From Lama guanicoe (lineage: Eukaryota), in contig MU054323.1 in the NCBI GenBank assembly GCA_013239625.1, positions 18,046,029 through 18,110,028 of the forward strand: a stretch of DNA of 64,000 nt. The letters are read 5' to 3'. Shown here piece after piece: positions 25,115-37,439 of this stretch. Each line of letters opens with the position of its first letter. Positions within the stretch are counted from its first letter, which is position 1. The notes below the pieces were generated by a model that saw only the letters and a program-made list of their open reading frames with translations, was not told the origin of the DNA and searched no databases. A program made the position numbers and the translations under genes.

Positions 25115-26644
25115 CTTCTGGCCAATCTAATTGCACCTGGCATCCTTTGAGGTATGACATGTAAGTTGACAGAGAGACTATGAGAAGGAAACTAGAATCA
25201 ATGGAAAATAGATGAAGGTGAATCCTGGTGGGCAGGATCGGACGGGCTATTCCTTGGATAGTTACGTTGGCTTATAGTGAGCTAGTTTCCGAAGTGTCAT
25301 TGGTGACCAGGTGGAGAATGCAATTCCAGGGCGGATTGTGCCCCCAGAGAACCCTGGAGGTGAGACTGACGCGAGCAGATAGTCACACAAGAGCAGATTT
25401 GCTTGCAAGGCATAGAAGAACTGGCTCTAGTAGCTGAATGAAGAAAGGAAATAAAGATTCAAGTCGTGAGGTGTAAAGGGCTTCGGGAACCCGTTGTCTT
25501 GTCTGTATCTTACTCCAGAAGGAGTTGGTGGAGGAAAAAATGCCCTTTTGACCTACCTGTTGAGGTTTTCAGAAGGAAGTCACGGGCAGTTCGCTGCATG
25601 TGCAGCTCATGGGTGACAGCGGCTCAAGGCCTCGCCCGCGGCTGTACCTGTAGGAGAGGAAGGGACGGGACGTATAGGGTGATGTTGTCAGTTCTCCCAC
25701 ATCTACTTCTGATCTTAACAGTGCCTTCACCTTGGCGCTCGGACAGTTCTCCCTGTTATTTGCAGGGCTTCTGTCACAGGAAGTGGGGTAGTTGTTCCAG
25801 AACATCAGCATTTGTTCTGCCATTTTTTTCTGTAGGAATAATAATGTTTCACCTTTTAATTCCTTCTGATAGCATCACAAGTGTCCGTAGCTGGCCCTGT
25901 GATCTGACTCCTCTGCTGTATGATTTTTTGATGGTGATACAGACCTATTCTTTCTCACAAACAGCCTCTTTCACCCTCTTAGACCTGGGAGGAAGAACAG
26001 AAGTCTGGTTTCGGCTTAATGACACCGAATTCCTTCAAGAAGGTCTTAGTTATCCAGCCAAGAATTTTATTCCCCCCTTTGGCTTCATTGCTCATAGTCC
26101 TTTCAATTTTACCTTTCGTGAAACAGTATAGCTTCATTTCATTTCTTTCCATCTCCTATGGAAGGCTGACAATGTTCTTTAACTGGATTCAACAGCCCAT
26201 TTTATCCCTATCATTGCTGAAGATGTTAGAATTTAATCAAAGCTGCTCTTCAGGAGAATTGCTAATTTCCACACATGACAGTCTCCTGATGCTTACTGGG
26301 GTTTTAGGGGGAATTGATAAACAGTACTCCTCTGACCCTGTTTCCTATTTAAAACTTACTAAAAATGATTCAGGGGTTTGAAACAATGAAGATGTTTTAA
26401 GACTGACAAAATTGATTCCAGTACATGCTTTGACTTGGCACCTGGTAGCCAACTGGGTTTCCTAATTCATTCCCTGTTCCTCCAGTTGAAATGTATCTGA
26501 CTGCTCACAGGCCACCTCTCTATCTCTCGTAGCCACTTTTTCCCGGGGACTTCCAGTTTCTCCTTCTTGACTGACAGAAACAGCCCCTACATTTCCTTCT
26601 GCCCCAGGTGGTCCGTGCCCTCCTCTAGGGCAAAAATGGAAGGG
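25115..26644 (-). pseudogene. Large fossil exon candidate (PFHFCPRGGHGPPGAEGNVGAVSVSQEGETGSPREKVATRDREVACEQSDTFQLEEQ...)
   Basis: Acceptor tgtctccccacAG, donor AAG|GTAAGA; 1530 bp (multiple of 3), no recognisable repeat, multiple stops and likely frameshifts. Confidence 0.55.
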
Positions 26645-26803
26645 CTGTGGGGAGACAACAGTTATGAAGGACTAATATAGTAGGAAAGACTTAAAAATGC
26701 TCCAAATGGCATTGGGTTGTAATTCCATCCCTGTTTCCGCCCCACCCCTCAACCCCATGCCAGCTTTCCCAGAAAAGATGGTGCCTATTTTTCCACAAAT
26801 TAC

Positions 26804-27030
26804 CTCTTCATCCTCTTGGCCTTGGCCTTCGCTTGGGAGGAAGAAGAGAAGCCATCAGCCCATGAGATCTTCCGAGGGTTCGTGGCAGTGATACACCTTG
26901 AGTCCAGGGCAGCCAGATGCTTGTCGAGAATCCAGATGTTTCCAAAAGCAGGATGAATCACTGCAATCGGTGAAGCTAGAGTGCAGGTCTTGGGGGAGGT
27001 CTAATTACAAGACTTCGATAAGTTCCGTAA
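26804..27030 (-). pseudogene. Fossil exon candidate (TELIEVL*LDLPQDLHSSFTDCSDSSCFWKHLDSRQASG...EGQGQEDEE)
   Basis: Acceptor catcttctgtctgtgtgtggAG, donor GAG|GTAATT; 227 bp, phase 1 in / 0 out; 159-bp intron to a phase-0 acceptor at 26644. Confidence 0.55.
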
Positions 27031-27256
27031 CTCCACACACAGACAGAAGATGAAATGACCGACTTGATAAGAAAATCAGGAGAATTCCTTTTTTGTCTTA
27101 AGCACAGCTTGTTAACACCCTTCTAATAATCATCAGGGTTAATGATGTTTATTTTCTCTCTTCCAAGAAGATAAAATGGAGAAACTCTGACTATTAAACA
27201 AGTGACAGTAAGATCTGTGTACTCTTTTCCTGAAAGAGGAGATTCATGTATGGTAC

Positions 27257-27585
27257 GGTAATCACTGACTGGAGCAGGTCACTTGAGGACTTCATGCAGG
27301 AATCTTCCTGCAAATGGTGCTGGCTGCTGTTGATACCCTGAGCCTGGTCCATCTCAGAGTCAGGATTAGCCAGGCGGAATGATCCCTCATGAAACGGTTA
27401 CTCCCTGGTAGGCAGGACACTTCTGATGATGCTCGCTCCACATCTTCCTCTCTTTGACACTCCTTTGAGTCCACAGGCAAGTGTTAACCATGGGGCAGTG
27501 ATCCTGAGCACAACCTGGTGTTGCGGGCAGCTGGGAAGGGGGAACGGAGGGGGAGCTCCAGAAGAGGGATCGTGGACACCACTGC
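27257..27585 (-). pseudogene. Fossil exon candidate (SGVHDPSSGAPPPFPLPSCPQHQ...EMDQAQGINSSQHHLQEDSC)
   Basis: Acceptor ttttgtttcctgcctggcaccacAG; one stop in about 108 codons; donor uncertain. Confidence 0.45.
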
Positions 27586-27779
27586 CTGTGGTGCCAGGCA
27601 GGAAACAAAAGTAGTCAGGTATCTAAAAACACCATGATGGCACAAGGTGGCGTTAAAGGCAAGCTCTGTGGTGGGCAAACAGAAGGGAGTGGTGGGGAGT
27701 GCGGTAAATGGGAGAGCACGGTCCTGTCCAGGGAGCATCCTATGTTCAGCTCGGCAGAGAGCTGGCTCACGTGCTGCTG

Positions 27780-30700
27780 GGATTGCTGAAACCCCAACTT
27801 TTAAAGATGGGAAATAATTTAAGGATTTAAAAGCACTAGGCAAGCAAAAGGAAATGTATCTGCAGCAAATATGACTGATTTGGTTTACTATAAAAAACTC
27901 AATGTTGAAAACCAGGGAGGGCTTTGATGCATGCAGGACTAACACAAGAAGCCTGGGGCTTTCTCTTAATATTTACCTTCTCTCCACATATTCGCAGACA
28001 CCAGCCCATGGTTTTCTCTAACTCAGGCCACCCTTTAATAAAATAATGAGAAGTTACAAAAGGAGTGAGTATCTCAGGCTCCTTTTTTTAAGGAGAAAAA
28101 TGTGAAAGCTGTGACGTTTGTATCTAAGTGGCCTTCTCACTGATTTTTTTTTCCACCCAGAACCTCTTCAGAGGTCACAGACCTGTGCTCTGTGTCTGGG
28201 CCACGGGCACACATGGGCACTCAGATGCACACAGAGGAGAGACTTAATTCACACATCATAATCTTCCCTTGTTTTATGAAATTGAAACCGATTCCACTTC
28301 TCCAGGAGACAGGTGTTGTTCACATCCACCAGAGGTGGCAAGGGGTATCCTGCTGACCAGAGAGATGGAGCAGATGCCTCTCGTGTCTCGGGATGAGGTC
28401 AGGTGTTATGTCTGAGCCTCTGCAGGCAGGTGGGCCTCCCGGGTTGTCACAGCCACGCAGTCCTGTGGTCCACCTCTGGCCCCACTCGGTGGTCCTACCT
28501 GCGTGAGCCCTGTGGCCATTGGGATTTGTCTCTCCTGACTTAATGATACTTGTTTCAGATCAGTCATGGTAGAAACAGATTCCCCACTGTATAACCTTGC
28601 ACTGTAAATGCAGCCCAAGCGAGCTTTACTCAGAAGACTCACCCTAGTTTAACATGAAGTACAGTTGAGCGTGTCCCTGCCTCCTCACCCAATGTGTTTC
28701 TGAGATGCTTTTTAACTTTCTCCATGCTGCCAACTCCCTCTCTGCTCTGAGGACACTTATCATTTAGGATCATTTTAACTGTATTTAAATCCCAAAGATG
28801 CAAAATTTGGATTAGAAGCTATAAAGTGTTTAAACCGTTAAAAAGTCTCTACCCTGTAGAAGAGTAGAGAAGCGCCATCCACACCCTGATGTCCCGTAGC
28901 CAAGTGCTTCAGACATACATGCTCTCCGCCTGCCACCCATGAGCGCTGGGTTTGTGGCCCCTGCTCCCTACAAATCCAGGGATTCAGGCTGGCTCTAGTC
29001 CACTGCCTCCCCACCCCCCCATCAGGAATACTGGGATATTGGCCGTAGGTTGATACTAGGGTTGACCACTACACTCCGGAGACTTAAAACGTCTCTAGGC
29101 TATGTCGTCTAGGCTCCCTGAATACCAAGGAATCCCTTGTTCTAAGATCTCAAGAAGCTTCAGGAAGTCAGACTTCCAGATGGAGGTCTGGGTCTGAATT
29201 CTATTCCTCACCCTTTCAGGGAAACACGGTGTCTCAGCGCTGTGTAGCTGCCTGTCTGTCACGGGGGTAATAGCTTTAAACTTACTAGTTGGCTTTCCTC
29301 TTCTCCCTTTCTGGATGCAAGCTCTCCAGCTCAGCCTCCCCCAGGCAGCCATCCGTTGTGGGGAGGCCTGGGGAACAGAATATATTGCAAAAGGAGTGCT
29401 AAGGGAAAGAGCAAGGACATGCTCAGATCCTGATATTTAAGAACAGGTTGTGAGCCAGGATATGGTCTTGAAAATTGTTCCCGTTCCCTTCATCTCCCCT
29501 TGATATGAACACAGAAGACTGGTTGGGTCCACAAAGAAACAAAGTCCTCCCAGGGGTGAGGCAGGTCCTTGGTCTGCTCAGCCCAGCCCAGCTCCTCCGA
29601 GAGGGGCAGAGAGGACAGGATGCGGGAGAGCTGAGAGCGTCTCCCCTGTCTGCGGTCTTGTAAGAGTGAGCAGAGAAAGTAAAGAACAAAGGAGGAGGGA
29701 GATGGACGTGTGCTGCCCAATTTCCCTTCACCAGGTTTAGGCATGAAGGGAGACAGGTGTCTCTCTGGAGTGAGGCTTGTGCCAGGCAGAGGCGGCTCCC
29801 CATTTCTTGTTTCCCTGGAGCACAGCCGTGGGAAAGCATCCTGTGCGCTCAGCATGGAGAAGCTGGCACCCGAGCCCCCCCCCAGTTGCCCTTATTCCTC
29901 TGTCAGGAAGTCGCTGAACTGAGAGCCAGTGGGCTGGTGAAGAGGGCCAGTACAGCCGTGTACAGTGCCCCTCAGCCAAGGCTGTGGGGAGTAGCTCATG
30001 GACTGCAGCCCATAGCAGACACACTATGGTGAGTCAGCACTCGAGCATCATCTGAGTCAAAAGAATGAGCCTGAATTACACCATCTTCAGCCGGGAAGGC
30101 CAGCAGAGCCCAGGGGTAGCCAGGCCGACTAGGGCTGTTGTTCTAGAGGCCCGGCCAGCCAGTGCCCACGGAGCCCCAGTACAAGATCAGGGGAACCCCC
30201 AATGTCCCCAGGGACTCAAACACTTGACTCCCCCAGACACGTAAATGCCAAGTTAGGCAGGGAAGCAGGGGCAGGTAGAAGAAGCCTGGGACTCTGAGCA
30301 TCCTTCCTTAAAGAGACTGAATGCTATTTTAAGAAACCATTCAATTACTGAATCAGATTATGTCTACAGTGGATTGAGAAGTTAGGGGCTTGGAATAAAA
30401 ATTGCATTAATCATAGACTAATTATTTGTCTACCTTGCACTTCTGAGTCTTGTGAGTTAAATTTTTTTGACCCTGTCATGTGTATAGGCAGATGTTAAAA
30501 ATCTGGTCCTCCCTCGAAGAAGTCAGCAAAATTTTTTGTTGGGGAATTATATATGAACATTTCAAGCCAGGAGACGGTCATTTAGAAAATTATCTCTTCT
30601 ACTTAACACACACAAGGTGGAAGCCAGCCATGAAATATTGCAGCCCTCTTTAAGGCCAGCCAACAGTTCTTTGCTTACTTAATAATATATCTGCATAATT

Positions 30701-31448
30701 CTTCAGCTTACAAGACACTTTAATAAGAGAAATCTCATTTTCTCCCTTTCATGGTGGGGATCCCTGTGTGCTAGATAGGAATGTTCATTTTATTGAAGAA
30801 ATAGGAAGGCAGAGCACTGAAATCACTAGCCCAAGTTACCAAATTTGTAAAGAGTATATCTGGGACTTGACCTCACCTCTGATTCCAGGTCTAGTGTCAG
30901 CCCAGGGGGCCTCTTCCTCTGTTCTTGCCCACTTCTAGTCTAGTGGCGTGCACAGAGATGGACAAGTGTCAGTGTATTGTAGAAGGCTTTTGATAGTGGT
31001 CATCTCAGGGTTGTGAGGTGGTGGTGATGGGGTCACGTGAAGAGGTAGAGCCAATGAAGGACAGTTGACCAAAGCATGCCCTGAGGCTTTCTGTCAAGTC
31101 GAATGTATATCCTGGGAAGCTGATGGTCCGTAAAAGATGAATTCTGTCAATGGGACAAATACTACCCGTTTCTTACACAGTAATCATTTACAACGTTCCC
31201 TTTTTAGAATCCTCAGGTTACTGAGGCCTGCTAAGAGCTCCTCCGTCTTGAGATCAATGTAGCTCCACAGAGCAGTGGAGACCAGAGGCGATGCAGCAGG
31301 ACCACGTGTTCTATGCTTTGGTCTTGACCTATGAGGACTGTGAAAAGCTGCCCAGTGGGAGAGCAGGAGATGTATAAATGAAAAATGGGGTATTGGTGGG
31401 AATTGACTCCATCCAAGGAACAGAACTCCAGTGAAGGTCCCTCAGAGG
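27780..31448 (+). pseudogene. Block of plus-oriented fossil exon candidates (probable inverted segment)
   Basis: Donor GGA|GTGAGT 28065 with acceptor tttttttttccacccAG 28160 (96-bp intron); exon 29907-30028 (ctctgtcAG / ATG|GTGAGT, open); acceptors at 30487 and 31207 followed by near-open frames; donor GTGGGT 31449. Confidence 0.45.
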
Positions 31449-31889
31449 GTGGGTCAAGGATTAAGGATTATTAAGAGGAGAAATGCCCAGGCTCAGGCAT
31501 AAAAGGCAAGTGGGGGTTGGGCAGACATGTGTTAGTCAGTGGATGGGTGGTGATTCCAGGGAGAAGAAAGAAGACATGCAAAGGACAAGTGTTGGGGAAA
31601 AGGTAATATTCACAGGACTGCAAGTAGGCTAGCTTGGGTAGACCAGGGTGAGAAGTAGAAGATGATCTATTGGCGGACATAAATGGACCAGACTGAAACG
31701 AGCCTTGAGGACTTGTTAACCATTAAACAGATTAAAATGGCAAGAATCCATCCCTTCACACAATGTGCTAGGCACAGGGTTTTTTAGTTTACTCAAAGCA
31801 CAAATTGACTCTGCTGTATCCTAAGTGTTTCAAGAACATAGTATACCTCCAAAAAAGTTGCTTAAATCATTGTGGAAGGATAGATGAAC

Positions 31890-33480
31890 TTTTGTATGAA
31901 AACTGGAAAAGAACACAACAAAAATAAAATTACAGGGCCATTTCATTTATGAGCAGAGATATAAAAATCTTAATCTATTGCATGGACAAATTTAGTCGCC
32001 TTTTGATGTATTGTGATTAAACATAGTTTCTCAAGAGAAGAGTGATTCAACATCAGAAAACTTATTAATAGGGTTTACAGACTGAAAGACAAAAATCTCT
32101 GAAAATTAGTTCACTGATAGGCTTGAAAAGTTGAGCTTTAGTTTTTATTCTGGTTACTCCTAAATTATTGAAAGCTATATTTATAGCTGTTTCCCTTATC
32201 AATTTATTAAATGTCAGTGCTTAAAATGCCTGCCCCCCCCTTCCTGCATCCAATGTAAGGGGAGGACCGTGGCACATTCTCAACTTCCTATCATCTCTTC
32301 CTGCCCCAACTCCATTTCCTAATTATTTTGTTAGTGTTTTAAGGGTTTTCTTCCCTCTCCCAGATGGTTACGAGTCTATTTTTTCTTTTCCTGACATCCT
32401 TTCCATTTTCCTCGTCTGTATCCCTGTCTCAGCCGCCCTCCCACTGTCCATCTTCCTTCCTCTTCTTCTTGCTCCTCCTCTGTATTTAAACCACAACGTT
32501 TATACGTTTATTTTTGCTCATTTTCCCATATCTCTTTGCTTCCTTCTGTATTTATTTTTCCTCTTCCTGTAGAGTACCTTCAGGATACTCTGAAGTAGTA
32601 TCCTAATGGCTTCAGTGTTGGTATTTGTTTTTCTGACGTCTGACAAAGCTGAAAATGTCTTTATTGTGTCTCTGTTTTTAAATGCCAGCACACTGGGACA
32701 TAATATTCCACGGTTAATGATCTTCCTTTTGAGCAGTTTGAAGATATTAGCACTTTGTAGTCATGTATCCAATGCAGTGGAGAAATCTGACATCAATTTC
32801 AGGATGGTTTGGAAGGAGATTTGCATCCCTCGGCCCCTTTAGAAGACTTTGTCTTAAAAAAATTTTTTTTTCAATCATGGAGTCTCAGGAATGACTTTGC
32901 CTTCTCAAACTTCCTTGCGGTCTAAACTCTTCCCATCTGTGACCTCAGATTTGTCTTTAGGTCTAGGAAAGTCTCATTGGTCATTTCTTCAAGTAATTTC
33001 TACCCTTTCTCTTCTGTAGACACTTCTGTTCCTCATATCTTTTATCTTTACTTTTTTTTTCTCCCCTATACATACGTCCTTCCTGGGAGAGTTCCTCAAC
33101 TCCATTTTCCAGTTCACTAATTCGCTATTTAGCTTTGTCCATTCTGTTGTGAATTCCTTCCACTGAGTTTTCATTTCAATGTAATAACCTCCATATCCAA
33201 TTTTTTAAAATGTGAAAGTCATTTACTTTATCCCTGCTTTATGTGCTCAATGTTGGTTTGGTGTGTTTTGGTTTTGGTCAGTTCTGCGTATTTGTCATCC
33301 TTGTTTAGAATTCCTGTCCCGTAGGTTTTCCTCTTGTGTGGGTGGTTCTGCTGCTGTGCTGGTACTTCATGCATAGTCTGGCTTGGCCCGACGGTCTCCC
33401 CTCCGCTGCTCAGGGCTCTGGCCCCACAGGCTGAGCAGAGTATCTCATTCCACTGTGGGCTCATTAGCCCCCGAGCACTA
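31890..33480. mobile_element. Ancient L1M/HAL1 fragments (ORF2 piece +, ORF1 region -)
   Basis: ORF 32989-33174 translation resembles L1 ORF1 coiled coil; gagaaatctgacatcaat motif. Confidence 0.6.
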
Positions 33481-33499
33481 AATGGAAGGCATTGGGCAC

Positions 33500-33871
33500 T
33501 GTTATAAACAGAATGTTTGCGTTTCTCCCCAGATTCATATGTTGAAGCGCTAATTCCCAGTGTGATGGTATTGGGAGGTGTTAGAGCCTTTGGGAGGGAA
33601 TTAGCTTAGGTGAGGGCATGAGGGTAGAGCTCCAGGGATGAGACGAGTGTTTGTGTAAGAGCAGGAGGAGAGTGGAACTGCTCTCTCTCTGCCATGTGAG
33701 GACACGGATGGGGAGCAGGCAGCCCTCTGCAGGCCGGGGAGAGAGCTCTCACCAGTGCCTGTCCGTGCTGGCACCCTGATCTTGAACTTGCAGCCTCCAG
33801 AGCAGTGGGCAGTGTCTGTTGTTGAAGCCACGTAATCTGTGGTGTTATGGCAGCCAAAGAGGACCAAGATG
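33500..33871 (+). mobile_element. MLT1A-type solo LTR
   Basis: tgttat...cagattcatatgttgaag...gccatgtgaggacac...cttgcagcctccaga; 5-bp TSD GGCAC (33495-33499, 33872-33876). Confidence 0.9.
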
Positions 33872-34007
33872 GGCACTAAGGAACTCAAATCGTGTCTTTG
33901 TGGTCTCCATGCATAATTCCCTTGGGAAGACACTGACCTGTTAGGCGCTTGGCCTGGCAGGAGTGATTAGGGTGTTTAATTTAGTGTGAAGTTTTTAGTT
34001 TAGAGAA

Positions 34008-34260
34008 TTTTTTTTTAATTGAAGTATAGTCAGTTACAGTGTGTCAGTTTCTGGTTACAGCATGATGTTTCAGTCATACGTGTACGTACATATATTTGTT
34101 TTCCTATTCTTTTTACTTATAAGTTACTACACGATATTGAATATTGTTCCCTGTGCTATACAGAAGAAATTTACTTTTAATCTATTTTCTATATAATTGT
34201 TAGTATTTGCAAATCTCGAACTCCTGACCTAATTTATCCCTTCTCACCCCCTTTCCCCTC
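34008..34260 (-). mobile_element. Camelid/cetartiodactyl L1 3' end
   Basis: ttaattgaagtatagtcagttaca...gttccctgtgctatacagaag. Confidence 0.85.
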
Positions 34261-34531
34261 CAGAAAAAAATTTTTTTAATTGCTTTAATTCCCATAAAAG
34301 TCGTTTGGAGGGTGGAACACACAGTATTAATGCAGTTAAAGAAAATAAATATGTAAAACCAAAACATAAGCCAAAGCTAATATTTTGGAAAAGATGAGAA
34401 AGACTCTTCAAGCTGTCTGATACAGAAAGAAATATTTATGGATGTTAAAACTTAAATTCTTGAAAAATCTATATCTCCAGCTCTTTATCCAATAGCTCGA
34501 GGGAAAAACACATCATTTTATATTCTGTCAC

Positions 34532-34711
34532 CATTTTCACTTCACATCCTGTCAGTCTCATCAACCAAACTGAGACAAATTCTCTTGAAAACCATCAGGA
34601 ACCCAAAGTTAACATTCAGTGCCATTATCCTCTCTGTCACCCTCTGCTAATTAAGTCAGATACATTTCCAAATAGGCCGTGGATTATCACTTCAGTGCAA
34701 ATTCTCCTCAT
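34532..34711 (-). pseudogene. Fossil exon candidate, 180 bp
   Basis: Long Y-tract ctttcttccccctgctttcctcttatgtgcAG, donor ATG|GTGACA; length is a multiple of 3; several stops. Confidence 0.4.
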
Positions 34712-35468
34712 CTGCACATAAGAGGAAAGCAGGGGGAAGAAAGCCAGCACAGGGGTTAGTGACAGCAAGCTGTCAATAATTCTACCAGCCCCTTTCTGTC
34801 AAGTGTAAAGGCAAGTGCCACCCTTGCCTTTCCCTAAAAATTTCCTGATTTTCCAATTTGTGCTTTACTTCTAAATTATTTCATTCTTTTCCTGTAGTTT
34901 CCCTTTGTCATACGCCATCTGCTGTATGTCTGCTTTGTATTAATTGCAGGATGCATTATTTAAAATACTAGTATGCTAAAATTGAACAAAGATAGAAGTA
35001 GACAATGATTTTTATACTGCATAACATCATGCATATGTAAAATAGTTTATCCCTTTGTTAATAAAAACAATTTGTAAGAGTAGAATTAGATATTCAGTGG
35101 ATTTCTATGTTAAAATCTCGAAAGACCAGAACTGCATGTACAGTTGTAAAAAGAAATGTCTGTAATCTGAATTTGGGTGGTAATTTAAAAACATGTTTAT
35201 CTGTTGGCATGTTTTTGTTCCCTAATAGAAAGTGAATAGTATAAGATAGGAAATCTTCTTGTCTTATACCTCTTCATGTTGTAGAATCTAAGTGTTTTTG
35301 ACACCAAGTAGAGGTTCAGTAATATTTAAGTGAATGAATGAAGACATGGATTTAGCCGTGATACTTGAGGTACCTATGATTTGCCATAGACTATCCTTGG
35401 GATGTTGTTATGTAAGAAACAGATGTCCCATGCCTTGAGCTGAAATCCTGAGATTCCGATTTTGTAGA

Positions 35469-35955
35469 TGTATTATTTATCACATTGCTGCACAACAGAT
35501 GATCCCAAGACTTCATGGCTTAAAACAATATTATTCCTCAGTTTCTGTGTATCAGCTTAGCTGGATCTTCACCAGCTGCATCCAAGGTGTCAGCCTAGGT
35601 TGTGGTCATCTCAAGACTCAACTGAGAGTAGATGAGCTTCTAAGCTCACTTAAATGGTTGTTGGTAGGATTCAGTCCCTTGTGGGCTGTTGGACTGTGGG
35701 GCTCGGTTTTCTGCTGCCTCTTGGCTGGACAGCACCCTCAGTCCCGCACCAGGTGGGTCTCTATAGGGCAGCTCACATCACAATCTGGCCTCATTGGAGT
35801 GAGCAAGCTAGAAGAACTAGAGAGAGAATGCCTGATCTCAGAAGTGACATCCCATCACTTCGGCTGGATTCTGCTGGTTTGAAATCAGTCACTAGTAAAT
35901 ATGAACACGAGAGGCAGGGATCACTGGGGGCTGTTTGAGAAGGCTGCCTATCACA
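35469..35955 (-). mobile_element. MLT1F/G-type LTR
   Basis: tgtattatttatcacattgctgcacaac...cagaagtgacatcccatcacttc...gctgcctatcaca. Confidence 0.85.
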
Positions 35956-37050
35956 ACAGCCATGCGACCTTGGTAATTGACTGACACTGTTTTGCTTAAT
36001 TTCCTCATTCTACGAACAGGACTATGAACAGAACCTACAGGTTGAGTGTTGTAATAAAAAAAAATAATGAGAATGAGCATTTCGGTGGCTTAGGAAAGTA
36101 CTCAGCCCAGAGCAAGTCAGTGTGTGCTACTACTGTGATTTTGTTGTTGTTATGTCATCTCTCTTGCATGTAGATTCCTTTTTTGTAAAGTCCTTATTTG
36201 TAAAGTAAGGGAGTCCTGCAATTCCTTTTGTAACATGGGGAACTTTTCAACAATCTAACATTTTCTGGACTGAACATCAGTGTTTTCCTCTTATCCTTGA
36301 AATATCTCATTATGGTTATATTTTTAAAACCTGTTCTACCTGAAGGAGGAATCTTACTAATGTTTGGAGCAATGCAACCATTGATGTGGGGCCCTGCCCT
36401 AAACATCAGAAAATGGGTTTTTAGAGTCAAAGTCCCCACTCTGCTTAAGAGATGGAAGACGAGTCCTTCAACATTTCTCAGCCTCAGTGTAACTCATGGG
36501 TCGGGGTTAGGTGAGTTGGATTGGATGATCTCTAATACCTGTTCTAGTTATAAACAACCTTTGGACCTAACTTCTGTTTACTGCCTGTATTAGTTTCTAA
36601 TTTTTCTATGTATTTCGTACATATTTACTTAGGGCCAATTTTCTGAGATCAATTTTTGGGCATGTTTTAGAACATCCTCAACTTTATAAAGACTACAGGA
36701 TTGACAGGGATACAGTTGCATAACTTTAGGAGGGAATATTAAAATATAAAGAAAGAAATGATGGTGAGAATTAGTAAAACTTCAGGATGTTTTTACAGAG
36801 GCCATTTCTATAAAGTCAAAGGAAAATAAAGTCAGGTGATTTCATCTGTGTGCATCAGGGGAAAAACTACTCCCAGTCAAAAAGATTTTGAGGCCTTTGG
36901 ATTGATGGAATCCAAAGTAAAAATAATTTTTTTTCCTATGTTGATCCTAGTCATTGGACCTTTCCTGAGGTCTCACTTGTGTCTTCTTAGAAATAGATAA
37001 ACTGCTGCAATAAAATGAGGAAACCTGAATTAAAAACAAACAAACCAGAC

Positions 37051-37271
37051 CTTGTACATCCAGAGAGGTTTGGTAGGATGCTCTTCTGGCTTCATCAACT
37101 TTGAAATTTTTCTGAAACTACCTGCAGGGTCTGAGGCCAGTCCATTTGAACACAGTCATTGATTGGAAACTACTGTCCATTTTCTGAAATCAAATCCATG
37201 CTCAAAGAAATACTTAAAAGCAAGCACAGTGGGCAGACGGATCAAAAGTGTTTTATATACTTTCTGGCATG
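37051..37271 (-). pseudogene. Fossil exon candidate (CQKVYKTLLIRLPTVLAFKYFFEHGFDFRKWTVVSNQ*LCSNGLASDPAGSFRKISKLMKPEEHPTKPLWMYK)
   Basis: Y-tract with degenerate AG; one stop in about 73 codons; strong upstream donor CAG|GTAAGA at 37393. Confidence 0.45.
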
Positions 37272-37439
37272 TAAAATAAAGAACAACATGAGCGTGGTTT
37301 TATCTTGTATTTAAAAATCAGCTCTAAAGACAGTGCAAGAGAGAACCTCCAATTGTTTACAGTAAGGAGTCTACATTAAAGAGAAACTCTTACCTGCCTT
37401 TTGATGTGTTTTTGAAAAAATCCCAGTCTGCTTGTATGA

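Noticed and set aside
25466..26131. Longest ORF (221 aa, + strand) as a real gene
   Set aside because: GTG start, no recognisable domain, and splice signals point to the opposite strand; likely an antisense shadow.
28326..28341. CTCF-like CCACCAGAGGTGGCA (and CCACCAGTGGCGC at 4394-4406)
   Set aside because: Spacing deviates from the core consensus by indels.
34640..34711. Alpha/beta-hydrolase-like VIIHGLFGN motif
   Set aside because: Isolated nine residues followed by stops; no other catalytic motifs.
37180..37271. Assigning the fossil gene to RGS22 or the PARN/CAF1 family from RLPTVLAFKYFFEHGFDF
   Set aside because: Only a short resemblance from memory; neighbouring exons do not support either family.
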